Positions 26,836-40,814 of a DNA stretch of 64,000 nucleotides are shown here, one piece after another. The DNA lies in assembly GCF_009914755.1 (NCBI RefSeq), contig NC_060933.1; one strand, 5' to 3'. Both the position numbers and the translations under genes were made by a program. Position 1 is the first letter of the stretch. Each line of letters starts with the position of its first letter. The notes beneath the pieces are model-generated. The model saw nothing but the letters and a program-made list of their open reading frames with translations. It ran no database searches and was not told the origin of the DNA. The DNA comes from the human T2T-CHM13v2.0 reference genome, Homo sapiens.

Positions 26836-27534
26836 TATATTCACCCACCTTCTGAACGTAATCTCAGGGGTTCAATGACACCCTGTAGCCTAGATCATGG
26901 ATGGATCAGAGAAAAGGAGAGACTCAAATGTACTGCCCCTAGAGTGAGTACTCACTATAAGTGGACAAGTTAAAGAAGTGACACCTTTGCAGAAACTGCT
27001 GGATTAGGCACTGATTATATTTAACTGAATGGCTCTGCCAAACCCCTGCATTTCTCAGAGGCCAACATATACTCTGCCAGATACAGAAACAGAGTACATT
27101 CCAGTGATTTTTTTTTTTAAAGACACAAATGGAAGACCAGTTAGCACTATCAGGAATGGACTACTGATATACACAATATGGGTGAATCTCAAAACACGCT
27201 GAGCAAAAAATGACACAAAACAGTACATACTACATGATTTCATGTTTATAAAGCTCTAGAATAGAAAAAAACTAATCTATGATGAAAGAAATAGAGCATT
27301 GATTGCCTTGGGGGTGGGGATTGACTGAAAAGGCACACAAGGAAACTGCAGTCAGGGAAATATCCTGTATATCTTGCTTTGTGTGGTGATTGCATGGGTA
27401 TATGTATTCCACTAACATGGGTATATGTAACCACCACACAAAGCAAGATGCAGGACATTGCACTGAACATTTAAGATTGGTAGAATTTAACGTTCATAAA
27501 TTACACCTCAATAATATATTTTAAATGCAAATGA

Positions 27535-27831
27535 GGCAGGTTGTGATGGCTCATGCCTGTAATCCCAGCACTTCGGGAGGCCAAGGCAGCAGATCACTTT
27601 AGGCCAGACGCTCGAGACCAGCCTGGCCAACATAGCAAAATGATGTCTCTACTAGAAATACAAAAAATTAGCTGGGTGTGGTGGCACCACCTGCAGTCCC
27701 AGCTACTCAGGAGGCTGAGGCAGCATCGCTGGAGCCCGGGAGGTGGAGGTTGCAGTGGGCCAAGATCACGCCACTGCACTCCAGCCTGGGTGACAGAGCA
27801 AGACTATGTCTCAAAAAAAAAAAAAAAAAAA
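27535..27831 (+). mobile_element. AluS
   Basis: Dimeric Alu with poly(A). Confidence 0.9.
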
Positions 27832-28885
27832 GGTAAATGAAATTATTGGGGTCTATCCATACAATAATATTTCTAAAACAAACTATTATGGAATAATGTT
27901 CAGCCATTAGATCCTTTGGGGGCTACTGTTGTGATTAACCACATATTATCACTATAACACCTAACAGCAGAAAGTGATTGTACTCCTAGGTAAAACCAAG
28001 ACACACGATAAACATGTCCTAAGACAAATTATAAGAAACAAGTTAGTAGTTTGTTCCTATGCATAAAGCTTCTGGTTTCTCATAGATAGTATCCTAATTC
28101 CATGTAACCATAAAATATACTTTGATAATCAGTGTGTATAGTTTTTCTGTCTGTAGTGGGATAGAAAAATTAATTGACAGGACTCTATTTTGAGATTCTT
28201 ATTCCATATTGTCTTCTCCCTGTATTTCCACTTTTCCCTCTCTCATTGTCGAATAGTAATATGCTCTGTGCTTATTGCTCAGGAAAGTACATGACAGGAC
28301 AGAGAACAGAAGAGCCAAAAATCTTTACAGAAAGATTAGGAGAAAGGGATTTAAAAAGTGGCATGAATAGACCTTAGTTCCCCAGACTAAAAACAGATAT
28401 TCTACAAGTGAAAGAGTGATAAACAGAGGTCTGTGTATCCTGGAGAGCAGACAGCTCATCTGCCCTGCTTCCCAGCAGTGAAGCTGGGGAGACAGAAAGA
28501 CCCTGGAGAATAAAAGACTTCAAGGGATAGGAACTCTTAGGTAGATGTGCCCTAGAATAGCTTAGTCACAGATGCTCATGTCCCATGAATGGCATAGTGG
28601 CAATGGACTTGGGCAAATGAAGTAGCAAAGTTAACCTCTAAGGACCAAAACTAGCTGGACCTTCTCCAACATGTTGCAACTACAGAAAACTCTGGAATGC
28701 TGACTGACCTGGGTAGGTATGTGTAACTGTTCCCTAAAAATGAAAGAAAACTCCAAAAGAGCTGAGCTCCTGTTTTCCCACTAACTCTGAAGAATAAGGG
28801 TACCAGAGCAGGAATTTAATCTGAAATAAAGAAAAATACTCTTGTATATCTAAGTTTATTGATGGTGATTCAAATCTACTGTACT

Positions 28886-29015
28886 GGCCAGGTTCAGTGG
28901 CTCACACCTATAATCCTGGCACTTTGGGAGGCCGAGGCAGGAGGATTGCTTGAGCCCGGGAGTTCAAGACCAGCTTCGTCTCTATTTTTTAAAATAATTT
29001 AAATAAATAAAAAAG
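28886..29015 (+). mobile_element. FLAM / Alu left monomer
   Basis: Single 7SL-derived monomer with A-rich tail. Confidence 0.8.
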
Positions 29016-29027
29016 GAATAAACCCAC

Positions 29028-29409
29028 TGTATTAGTTTGATAAGGCTAGTATAATGAAATATTGCAGACTGGCTGGCTTAAGCAACAGAAATTTATTTGC
29101 TCAAAGTTCTGGAGTCTGGCAGTCCAAGTTCCTGGTGTTGGCAGGGTTGTTTCTTCTCAGACCATTCTCCTTGGCTTGTCTTCTCCTCGTATCTTCCCTT
29201 CATCTTCCCTTGATCTGTGTATATCTATGTCCTAATCTCCTCTTTTTATAAGGATATGAGTCATATTGAATTAGGACCCATCCGTATGACCTCATTTACC
29301 TTAATTACTGTTTTAAGGACTTATCTCCAAACACAGACACATTCTAAGGTACTGGGGTTTAGAATTTCAAAATAGGAATTTAGAGAGGGAAATGTTTCAG
29401 CCTATAATA
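29028..29409 (-). mobile_element. MLT1B-like solo LTR
   Basis: tgtattagttt...aacagaaatttatt...aaggtactgggg; 5-bp TSD cccac. Confidence 0.85.
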
Positions 29410-29990
29410 CCCACGAAGTGTGGAGTCCTCATCCATGATTGCCAGGAACCCTTGGGCACCTCATGTCTGCACCATGGAAAGATTACAAATCCTAGAGTAA
29501 GAACCACTTTGGTATAAGACAGTTACAACCTGGAGAGGATTACTATGCACACAAGAGGTGACCTTGCAAAATCACTGCTAATTTGCAGAATACAAATTGA
29601 CTGTAATGAGTTTGAAACAGTAACAGAGCACACTTTAAACCCCTTGGGAAGATGCAATATGATCAGAAGAAAGAAAGTGATAGCACTTGAACGTTACTAG
29701 GATTTGCTGATGAGGATAATTTATTTCCAATTTCTAAGAAAATATCTAGAAAGGAAGGAGTATGAAAAGTTATCTTTAAAACCTTTTTCTGAGACTTTAG
29801 GTTTCTGAAAGATTAACAATAGAAATTACTAGACTTCTTCCCAGAGAGAGATCTGCACTGACTTGTAGAAATTTAGATTGAGAGAGCATGGATCTGACCA
29901 TTAGGGACAAGTTTTGGCAAGTGTATTAAATTGAGTACCATAATCAATCCCAAGATGAACCTGAATGAACACGATCCTCCCTGTCTGTAA

Positions 29991-30288
29991 TTTTTTTTTT
30001 TTTTTTTTTAGGACGAAGTCTCGCTTTGTTGGCTAGGCTGGAGTGCAGTAGCACAATCTAGGTTCACTACAACCTCCGCCTCCCAGCTTCAAGTGATTCT
30101 CCTGCCTCAGCCTCCTGAGTAGCTGGGACTATAGGTGTGTGCCACCATGTCTGGCTAATTTTTGTGTTTTTAGTAGAGACAGGTTTTCACCATGTTGGCC
30201 AGGCTAGCCTCGAACTCCTGGCCTCAAGTGATCCACCTGCCTCAGTCTCCTACAGTGCTGGGATTACAGGCGGGAGCCTGGCCCCCGC
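29991..30288 (-). mobile_element. AluS
   Basis: Antisense dimeric Alu. Confidence 0.9.
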
Positions 30289-30399
30289 TTCCATAATTCT
30301 TCCAACAGGCAAAGGAGAGGAAAGAGGTAGAATTGCTGCTTATCTTCTCAAGCAGGAACACTGAGTCAGCCTTTGTTAGCAGCGCTACCAGTGCTAACA

Positions 30400-31679
30400 C
30401 AATGAACAAATGAATGAAGTGGCCACCATGGCAAAGAGGGAGGCTGCACGGACCCAAGAGCATGGAATTTCCACTTACCAAAGCTGATCTAGCTAGTGTT
30501 ATTTCTGAGCGTTCAAACTGCTAAAACAGAGACCAGTTCAGCCCCTAGATTCCTTGATGAGACCAACTAGCAACTTGGTAGCAAGATTGTTAGGTTGGGC
30601 CTCTTCTTTCTGGACGGATGAGTAGTTCATTTCCTTAGGAATAGACATCTAGTCTGTATATGTCATTTCCTTTCCTGCCCTTGGGGCCTCAGCCAGTATG
30701 GCTATCCAGGGCTTATGGAATGCCTGATTCATAGGCATGGAATACCATGCAACATTCAACCAGGGCATTTAGTTTACAGTGAAGAAGGTGCATATGGGCA
30801 TATCACATACTGCACCATCCAGAAGTTTCCTACTAAAGTATGGAATGTTTCAATGAAGACGCAGCTAAGGCACCAACTTGGGACAGTGCCTTGCAAGAAT
30901 ACGGAACTGTTATTCAGGATGCAGTATATGCATTGGATCAGGGATGTTTATGCAGTGCTTTGCCACTAACACGAAAAATACATGGGTCCATGGACCAAGA
31001 AGATGGAAGCAGAAGTGACCCCACTTATCATCACTGTCAGTGACTCCCTGTGGCACTTTGTGCCCCCCTTCACACAACTTTAAGCTCTTCAGGGTTAGAG
31101 GTTCTGCACTCTTGCAAAGTTTCCATTGAACTACAAGCCATGGTTGTTGTCTGGGAAAACTGTGGTCCTTACGCCTAGAAATCAGCAGACAAGAAGTGCA
31201 ATCACCATCCTTTCAGGAATAATCCACCCTGATAATTAACAGGAGGAGATAGGGCTGCTGTAATTAAATGGGGGCAGGAAGGAAGATTTATGAAACTCAC
31301 AGGACCCACTTGGTGCCTCTTGGTACTTCCTTGTCCAACTATGGCTATGAATGGACAAACATCACAACTAAAGAAGAGTACGGTTACAAAAACACAGATC
31401 TGTGAGGAATGAGGGTTTGGGACACACTATGAGGTACATTAGCAAGACTGGCAGAGGTGTTCACTGAGGGTTTAGAGAATTAGCCTGTATAATAAGGGAA
31501 TAAGAGGGTGAGTACTATTTTTGGTCCTGAGACCAACTATTGTGATGAAGCCTGACATTCATCCTGCTAGTCTTCCTCTTCTAAGTTTTCCTGCAGGCAA
31601 AGAGGCCCATCAGACACTTGGAGGTGCTGCTACCTCAACAAGTTTGGGGAAATAGCTCCACACGGAGCAAGGGGTGGAC
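30400..31679 (+). mobile_element. ERVL internal region (HERV16/ERVL-E-like), degraded integrase
   Basis: Integrase-like peptides ECLIHRHGIP and LQEYGTVIQDAVYALDQ; polypurine tract caaggggtggac before the LTR. Confidence 0.75.
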
Positions 31680-32125
31680 TATTGAAGACATGGAAATGTG
31701 CCATTCAGATCCCTTTCAAGAAAACACACTGACCAGCTGCAAAGAATGTAGTTAGCTAATAGCCCATGGTATTTAGCGCCTTCAGGGTCCTGTGTAGCTT
31801 TGGAAGTGGGTTCATATTCCTCTCGGGGCATCCTTTCAGCCAATGAATGAGCAAAGAGGTGATAGCTGAGATTATGCTCTTCTCATGGTGTACCATGCCC
31901 AATGACTGAGCAAGGGCCTAATAAGTAGCTTCTCTAATGGGCCACCTTTTTCCCAAGATCCACGTCGGGATAGCAAAGACTTTGTAGGGTCTGCATCATG
32001 ATCTGTTGGCATCCCCTGCCCTATCCTGCTTCTCAACCTTTTCCTTTCACAGATGTTACTCCCCAGTGAACCGTCTGCACTCCTAAATCTCCCCCATCTA
32101 CTTCCTGAGAACTCACCCTACAACA
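31680..32125 (+). mobile_element. LTR16C-like 3' LTR
   Basis: cattcagatccctttcaag start; ctgcactcctaaatctcc...cttcctgagaactcaccctacaaca end. Confidence 0.7.
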
Positions 32126-32469
32126 AGTCTTTTCCATAGCTACTATTCTATTTATCTTTAAATAATTTTTATGTAATAATCTTTTTGTTGAGATTTCAAA
32201 TTGCCTGAACTGAAATTGTTAATGGTATTTGCTTACTGTATTTTACCCATTTGTTTACCCTAGTACTGTAGATACTTTTTAAAAAAATAATTTGCAAAAT
32301 CAGATCCAGGATGTATTTATCAATGCTGTTCATTTTACTGTTGTGTATCTCATTAATTATTTTGCTTACAGTCAAATCCTTGGGTTTAACTACTGACTTC
32401 CTTGGGTTTATGTTGTTATCCTCTTTCCTTTCTGGTGCTGAACGCTCAGTTTATTTTTTTCTTCCTTTT

Positions 32470-32781
32470 TAATAATTATCTTTATTATTTATTTACTGGG
32501 ACAGAGTCTTACCCTGTTACCCAAGCTGGAGTGCAGTGGCACAATCATAGCTTACTGTAACCTCGAACTAGACTCAAGCAATCCTTCCATCTCAGCCTCA
32601 TGAGTAGCTAGGACTACAGGCACGTGTCACCACACCTGGCTAAATTTACTTTTTAATTTTTTGTAGAGATGGGGTCTCACTACATTGCTGAAGCTGGTCT
32701 TAAACTCCAGCCTTGAAGCGATTCTTCCTCCTGGGCCTCACAAAGCACTGGAATTACAGACATGAGCTGCCGCACCCAGCC
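32470..32781 (-). mobile_element. AluJ
   Basis: J-type antisense arms. Confidence 0.88.
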
Positions 32782-32873
32782 CTTAATACTACTTTTTAAA
32801 TGCTCTCAACTTAGTACACAACTCAGTTGCTTGGGCTAATCTTCACATTTTTCAACACGGCCTGCTGGGTGGT

Positions 32874-33238
32874 TGCTATGGTCTGAACATTTGTGTCACC
32901 CACAAATTTATATGTTGAATTCTAATCACCAGGGTGATGATATCAGAAGGTATAGCCTTTGAAAGATAATTAAGTCATGAGGTCTCTGCGCTTAGGAATG
33001 GGATTAGTGCCTTTGGAAAAGAGGCCTCAAAGAGATGCCCTGACCCCTTTCACATGTGAAGACACAGCAAGAAGGTACCATCTGTGAACCAGGAAATGGG
33101 CCCTCATCAGACACCAAATCTGCTGGTGCCTTCATCTTGAACTTCCCAACCTCCAGAACTGTTTTAAATAAATTTCTTTTGTTTAAAAGCTACCCATTTT
33201 AGTGTATTTTACTATAGCAGCCCAAATGCACTCCAGCA
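32874..33238 (+). mobile_element. MLT1A0-like LTR
   Basis: tgctatggtctgaa...aggaatgggattagtgcc...ctccagaactg...tatagcagccc. Confidence 0.85.
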
Positions 33239-34729
33239 ATGATCTATATTTTAGTCTCAGCACATCTTTAAATGTTTTTTTCTCTTAAAAAGCTATGTTG
33301 GAACTAAGAAACCCTTCAAATCTACACAAATAGGTCTTTGTGTAATAGGATTATAAATAAGTATATAAACCTTCATAAAATAGGTTCAGGAAAGTTTTCC
33401 TCTACCATATATTTAATTGTGGCTTTTGTTCATTTCAGTCTCCTTCAAGAACAGCCTTATCCATATATTGAGATCTCTGTTCTCCATTCAGTCAGTCACT
33501 TGTCATTTTTATCTCTTTGCCTTTCCCCACTGCATCCTAGGAGAGCTTATAAACTGTAAAATCCACATTGCTATTATCCAGAACATTTTTCTCTTCAATT
33601 ACTCCAATATAGATTTTATTTAGAATGCATTTTAATTTTTCTTGCATGTCTCCCTTTTGTCTTCCATTTTCTTTTTCATCTTATCTGGTTATCTTTTTTA
33701 AAAAAATCTCTCATGCTGTTAACATTTTGTACCAACCTACCCTTTTCACAACCTGCCTGTTCCAATTTCTTTAAAACCACTTTTTTGCACTCCATTAAAT
33801 ATACCTACCTCAGTATCTAGCACTTTCTAGTTATACAGTAAATATTTGTGGAATTAATTAATTTTAAATGAACAATTGAACCTTAGACTGTAGGTCAAGT
33901 TCCATAGTAAATGGAAAAGATACTATGCTAACAAAATTGGCAGTGCATCCAAAAGAAAACAAAATGTCTTTGCTTTTTGTGTTCCAGTTTTATCCAAAGT
34001 CCGTTTTTAAGGTGTAGTTTAAAAAAAGTATCCAAAATTTAAACCTGTTTAATAAAAATAACTGATTATCATTAATACTGGATCCAGCCTATGTAATAAG
34101 GCACTTCTTTTAAAAAAAATTGCCTTGAAGAAAAAATTTCTTTCTGAAACATTGAAACCTCCTTCTGCTCACTTTCTTGCACTCTATGAATGTATTTGAA
34201 GCTTCTTCTTTTTGTGTTTTGCTGGGAAAAGGTCCAAATTTGAAATATTAACAATAGCACAGTTTAAAAAAAAAAAAAAAAAGGAAAGAAAACTCTTTTG
34301 GTCATTTTAACCAGCCACAAGTGGCCAGCGTAAACTTCCTTCATGAAAGCTTCTTGCCTAGAGGTGGAACTGGGTCATTATATCTGTACAATAACCACCC
34401 CTACAAACAACATACGAATGCCAGATGGTTGGAACTGTTCCATTAAGAAACTGATGTCTTCATTGTTTGGAATTTGATTTTGTAGCTTTCTCCATATAGT
34501 GATTTGATTGCAGTATTTGGAAGCTTTGAAAGCTTTCCCATAAATTATTCCACCTCTTGAATGTGAAACTAGGGTAGGCTCATTAGCCTGTTTTTCCGTT
34601 AGTATGCTACTTCCACCTTCTTACTCAGAAGTGGATAATTTAGGCAGAATTCATAAAAAGAAAATCTGGGTTTTATGCTTTGGTTGTTTCTTCAAGGAAC
34701 TTACTACTGCATATTTCTCTCACTTTAAA

Positions 34730-34910
34730 CTTTTTATTTCTTTTCTTTTCTTTTATTGTTATTGTTTTGTAGAAACAGATTCTCTCTATGTTGTCTAGAG
34801 TGGTCTCGAACTCCTGGCCGCAAATTCCTGGCTTCAAGCAAGCCTCCTGCCTCAGCCTCCCAAAGTGTTGAGATTACACGCATGAGATTGAGATTACACT
34901 TCACCCAGCC
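34730..34910 (-). mobile_element. Alu left monomer / FLAM with short internal duplications
   Basis: ctcctggc and gagattacac motifs are each duplicated. Confidence 0.75.
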
Positions 34911-34964
34911 ACTTCTTTCACTTTGTTCATGGAATATTTATGTAGCAATTCTCATGAAAAATAA

Positions 34965-35230
34965 TATAATAATCACTAACAAAGTTCTTAGTATGTCCTT
35001 ACCTGGCTCTTATATTACTTTCAGGTTCTTACACTACTCTAAACATTTTATACACATTAACTCCTATGAGCATCACAACTCTGTGACATGAATACTGTTA
35101 TTATTTCCATTTTATTGAAGAATAAGGAATACTGAAGTCAAGTAACTTACCTAAGATCAAGTAGGCAGTAAGTGGCAGAACTAGGATGTTGATACAGTCT
35201 GTGTTCTTAGCCACCTCGCCACACAGCACA
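34965..35230 (-). mobile_element. MIR
   Basis: ttattatttccattttattgaag...aagtaacttacctaagatc...agtaagtggcagaac. Confidence 0.7.
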
Positions 35231-35433
35231 TTGTGGAAGTCCCAACTAATCTATCTTATTCAAAAGAACAATGGTAAAACAAAATTCTCTGCTCCCCACT
35301 TATTCCTCATCAATATGAACAGAGCCTTGGCATTAGTGTAACAAATGGCTTGTCTATTCCAAGCCTTAGAGAAAACCCCACGGTATACAACCACCTATCA
35401 ATAGGTCCAGTCTTTAAAGAATCTTGGAGAGCC

Positions 35434-35794
<361 letters not shown>

Positions 35795-36189
35795 CTACCT
35801 TGCTATGAATCTTTGTGTACCCCCATTTTCTTAAAGTGAAACATGAAATTTAAAAAAATATCCATCTGCAGGAGAAACGAAGTGTGGCATGAAGTTACAG
35901 AAAATGGAAGTGACCTATAAAATCAACACTACAAGGAGTTTTACAACATGGTCATTATTGTGATATTACTCAGGATCAGTAGGTCCTAGGGGAAAGACAT
36001 ATGCCTGACCTGAAAGTGAAAGAACATGGGGACATGATAACCACAAACACTTGGAATAAGACACTGCAAGAAGACGACTCAGGGAAACTCAGTAGTTTAA
36101 AGGGCTCTAGAGAACATCCTTATTCAAAGGCAAGTATTTAAGAGTCATCCTAAGATTAGCCAGATTCGTTAACTCCATAGGCAAATGGA

Positions 36190-36945
36190 TGAGTGGTGGA
36201 CATTTGTTGTTATTTTGTTGCCTACCATCCAAGCTCCCTTCTGCTAACAGAACCTTGATTTTCCTTTCTACTACTTTGTGTGATGTTAACCTTTTGCTCT
36301 TTATGGGTGTCTATGATGTGGATGATGTGGTACGGGTCATTCAGAACATTCAATGTGATCATGGAATTGAAAAATTCTAAGATGTACCAGTGATCCAGTC
36401 AGAGCCAATGTTAATGATCTTGGGTACTTTCACTTGACCTGATGAGAAAGTGGTATATTCTCTTTTCTTGCTAGAATTAGGGCTGTTGAGTTCAGGTGCA
36501 GTGGCTCATGCCTGTAATCCCAGCACTTTGGGAGGATGAGGCAAAAAAAAAAAAAAAAAAATAGCCAGGTGTGGTGGCATGTGCCTGTAGTCCCAGCTAC
36601 TCAGGAGGCTGAAGTGGGAAGATCACTTGAGCCTGGGAGGTTGAAGCTGCAGTGAGCCATGATCATGCCACGGTTTTCTAGCCTGGGCAACAGAGTGAGA
36701 CCCTGTCTCAAAAAATAATGATAAAATAAGATAGAATTGGCACTGTGAAACAAAAACTTGAAATGTTGGAGACCGCCATGAATGAGAACTTGCCAAAGGG
36801 GTAAGCCAACACTCAGAAAAGTAACATTAGGAGACATATCCTGATGACCTATTTTGAAACCCTGGATCAAGGTGTATCTCTTGTCTGTTCTGTGAACTTT
36901 TACATTGCATAAGCCAATACATTCCCATTTTTATTTCAGAGTTTA
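36190..36945 (+). mobile_element. Old MaLR LTR (MLT1K-like) interrupted by an Alu
   Basis: ccttctgctaacagaaccttgattt...ccctggatcaag...aagccaatacattccc. Confidence 0.55.
36488..36725 (+). mobile_element. AluJ lacking the 3' half of the left arm
   Basis: gggaggatgaggc runs directly into the A linker, then a J right arm. Confidence 0.85.
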
Positions 36946-37416
36946 AAATTTTCCCTTGCTATCCAAGGAGTTCCAACAGAAGGAAGAGAACCAAGAGTCC
37001 CTGGCCCCTTTGGGGAGAATTTCTCCATCTTCCTTTGTTAAGGGAAACAATGGAGCACTTGAAGAAGGCTCTGGAGAGAACAAGAGTTGGGATTTGAGGA
37101 TATCCCTGAATAGACTTTCTTCATTTAGGGTATTTAAATAAATAGCCTAGATTGCTACCTTTTAGAACATCAGAAAAAGTATTCTGCACTTTTGCACAGA
37201 ATCTTTGGGGATGAAGGGAAAAGAAAATTATTTCAACAATTTAAAAACCAATTAAGTTTTATGGTGGTAAAAAAGAGATTCCATTTGTGCGCCTGCACCA
37301 GACTTCAGAGACTCACCTTTTGGCTTGTGAGCCACATAGATGACTTTGGGCTCTTAGAGAAACATTATGACCTGGCTTTACATACTTTTAAAGAGATCTG
37401 TTACCTATCAGCTTGG

Positions 37417-37910
37417 TGTGGCAGACTGCTAGTGGTCACCAGAAATCTTTTCTTCTCCTCTTCCCTAGTAGTGGAATTTTAGCTAGGCATATGGATATTT
37501 AGTTTTAGCCTCCACTTCCCAGCCTACTTTGCAACCAGTTATGGTCATGTGATTAGTTCTCATCAATGGAAATGGAAGAGGTATGTGAAAGAATGTGAGT
37601 GGAAGAGATGTCTGCAGCAGCTTCTGTATCATTTTCATGAAAGGAAATTGCTTGCCCTTCATCACTGTACTTTCTCCTTCTAGCTTGATCTAATTTCAGC
37701 CAGTTAAAATAGCACCATAGGGATTGAAGAAGCAACAAGATGGAAGAAACAATGTCCTCAAATGACTAACTGAAGATAGGAGAGCTGCCCCACCAACCTG
37801 GACTACTCACTACTAGACTGTTACTTGACAGAGAAATAAATCGGTATATTATTTAAGTCCCGGTATTTTGAGGTTCTTTTTTTACAGCAGCTTAACACCT
37901 ATTCTAATAC
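37417..37910 (+). mobile_element. MLT1J-like LTR
   Basis: tgtggcagactg...ggtcatgtgattagttct...gagaaataaa...ttacagcagc...ctaatac. Confidence 0.75.
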
Positions 37911-37964
37911 TCCCATTTTCTGAATCTTTCACCACAGCCTTCTCTCCTTTCTCATAAAAAGGGG

Positions 37965-38412
37965 ATGAAAGAAGGGAAGAGTCCCACCAAAGAGTATTAA
38001 ACATAATCCAACCAGATTGTTAAGGAAGCCCATGAAGGGAAGGGAAGAGAAGGGAAGAAAGGGCGGGAGAGGAAGGAAGGGAAGGGAAGGAAGAAATGGA
38101 GGGAAGGGCCCCACCAAAGAATATTAAACACAGTCCAACCAGATTGTTAAGGAAGCCCACGAAGAGAAGGCAAGAGAGGGAAGAAAGAGGGGAGAAGAAG
38201 GGAGGGAAGGGAAGGAAAGAAAGGAGGGAAAGGCCCCACCAAAGAATATTAAACACAATCCTACCAGATTGTTAGGGAAGCCCATGAAGGGAAGGCAAGA
38301 GAAGGGAAGAAAGGAGGGGAGAAGAAGGCAGAGAAGGGAAGAAGGGAAAGGAGGGAAGGGCCCCACCAAAGAATATTAAACACAATCCAACCAGATTGTT
38401 AGGGAAGCCCAC
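37965..38412. repeat. ~126-bp minisatellite, ~3.5 copies, with polypurine blocks
   Basis: caccaaag recurs at 37985, 38112, 38237 and 38364. Confidence 0.93.
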
Positions 38413-38839
38413 TGGTGCTGATCATTCTAATCCTCATTCATAAGTAAGTGGTCAGTGAAAAATCACCAGATGAAAGAAAACAATCAGTCACTAGAAGAGA
38501 AAAGGAAATTTTTTTAAGATCAGAAAAAAATGGCCTCAGTGGAAACAATGGTAATGAAGAACCGTAAATAAGGCCTCTAAAAATTTTGAAGTGGCATTTC
38601 CAATAAAATCTATTGGATAATGCATAAATACAATAAAAAACATGCTTCCATTAGAATGTATTAGAAAGTAGTAATTGGAAAAGAAGAATGAATTCTAATA
38701 GATTTAAAAACATGACTGCCAACAAAGAAAAGCAAAACCAATTAAGTAGCAGAAGTCTGGAAATCAAATTAATGAGTTTGAGCCACGGGTATACACTGTT
38801 CGTCTTCTAGAACAGAGTATGACCATGGCAGCATTGTGA

Positions 38840-39075
38840 TGGCATCATGAACATTTAGTTAGAAGACTTGAGTTCAAATCATAGCTCCACTCCTGTTTAG
38901 CTATTTAGCCTCATACTGCTTTAGTTAACCTTTCTAGGTGTCAATTTTCTCACCTATTATATTGAGCTAGTAGTGCCCCTGTTACTGAATTGCCATGAGG
39001 ATTAAATGAGGTAATTTATGCAAAATTCTGAAGGTCTGACATAAAATACTTAACAAATGTTAGCTATTGTTATTA
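38840..39075 (+). mobile_element. MIR
   Basis: gacttgagttcaaatc...catgaggattaaatgagg...acttaacaaatgttagcta. Confidence 0.75.
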
Positions 39076-39669
39076 ATATAAAGCAAAGATATGGGAGATC
39101 AACTGCTTTACAGCAACTGATATGGTGCTGAGTATAAGTTTTCTCATTTTTCAAAAGTGGGTAATTAAGGTTGACAGCTGAAAATAAAGAGCTTCCAAGT
39201 GTGCACTTTCTAAAGAGAGATGCTAAAAAGTGGGGGCAGACTTACAAGCTGTAATAAGAGATGGCATAATATGTCCTAGCTATTAACAACACTTTTTCCC
39301 CCAACCTCAGTATATAATAATAGAAAGTAGAAAGGTAAGAGTTTTCAGAAAGTTCATGTAAATGACTACACATGCTTCTCACTGATTATACATACTACCT
39401 TGTGAAATCACTACTAAGCCATGGACATAGCAGACATAGCAGGGAAAGATGATGTTTGTATCTAACTCCTGTTCCACCTGACTCTGGTCCAAGATGTTGA
39501 TGAAACCTGAAAAATGTAAAATAAATGAGAGGCTACCAGTGAAATGCACCATTCATTGTTAAGTCCAAGGGCTCTCTCTTGACAACTCACTCTGGGACAG
39601 TTTTAGGTGAGGAATTTAAAGGGTGGAGTAAGAAAAACAAAATCAGAGATAGAGGTGGACCTTTAGATT

Positions 39670-40290
<621 letters not shown>

Positions 40291-40814
40291 TTGAGTGAAT
40301 TTTAAAAGTCTGCTGTTTTTAAGAAGCATGCCTAGAATGAAAAGAAAACATAAGTTTGAGAATAAACAGGATGGGAAAGTATTAAGCCAATGCTAATTTA
40401 AAGACTCATGGGTGGCATTATTAAGATCAGATTAAGTAATATTCAAGGAAAAAATTAAATGAGGTAAACCTGGACAGTTCATAGGAATACACAACATAAT
40501 TTATCAAAAAGGTATAGGAGTGAACCTTTGAGCTTCAAGCAATATTGCCTTAAATTATCTAAAGCAAAAATTATTAGAAATACAAGGAGATTTTAATACA
40601 GTAAAACAAAGTGCAAACCAATCTGACGTTAAATATAGATTAAAATGTTTTAAAGGCAACATTATAGAGTAGACTCCATTATTATGAAATTTAAAAATAA
40701 GTACATAAAATTAATTTTAGGTGTTTAAAAGTGACTTGTAATTTTATTCATAAATCATACCAAAATGTGGTATATTTTTAAAAAGACATCTTAATAAAGG
40801 TAGTAGAGTCCCAT

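Noticed and set aside
37965-38412. CRISPR-like repeat/spacer appearance
   Set aside because: The spacers are related low-complexity purine tracts, the context is primate DNA and there are no cas genes.
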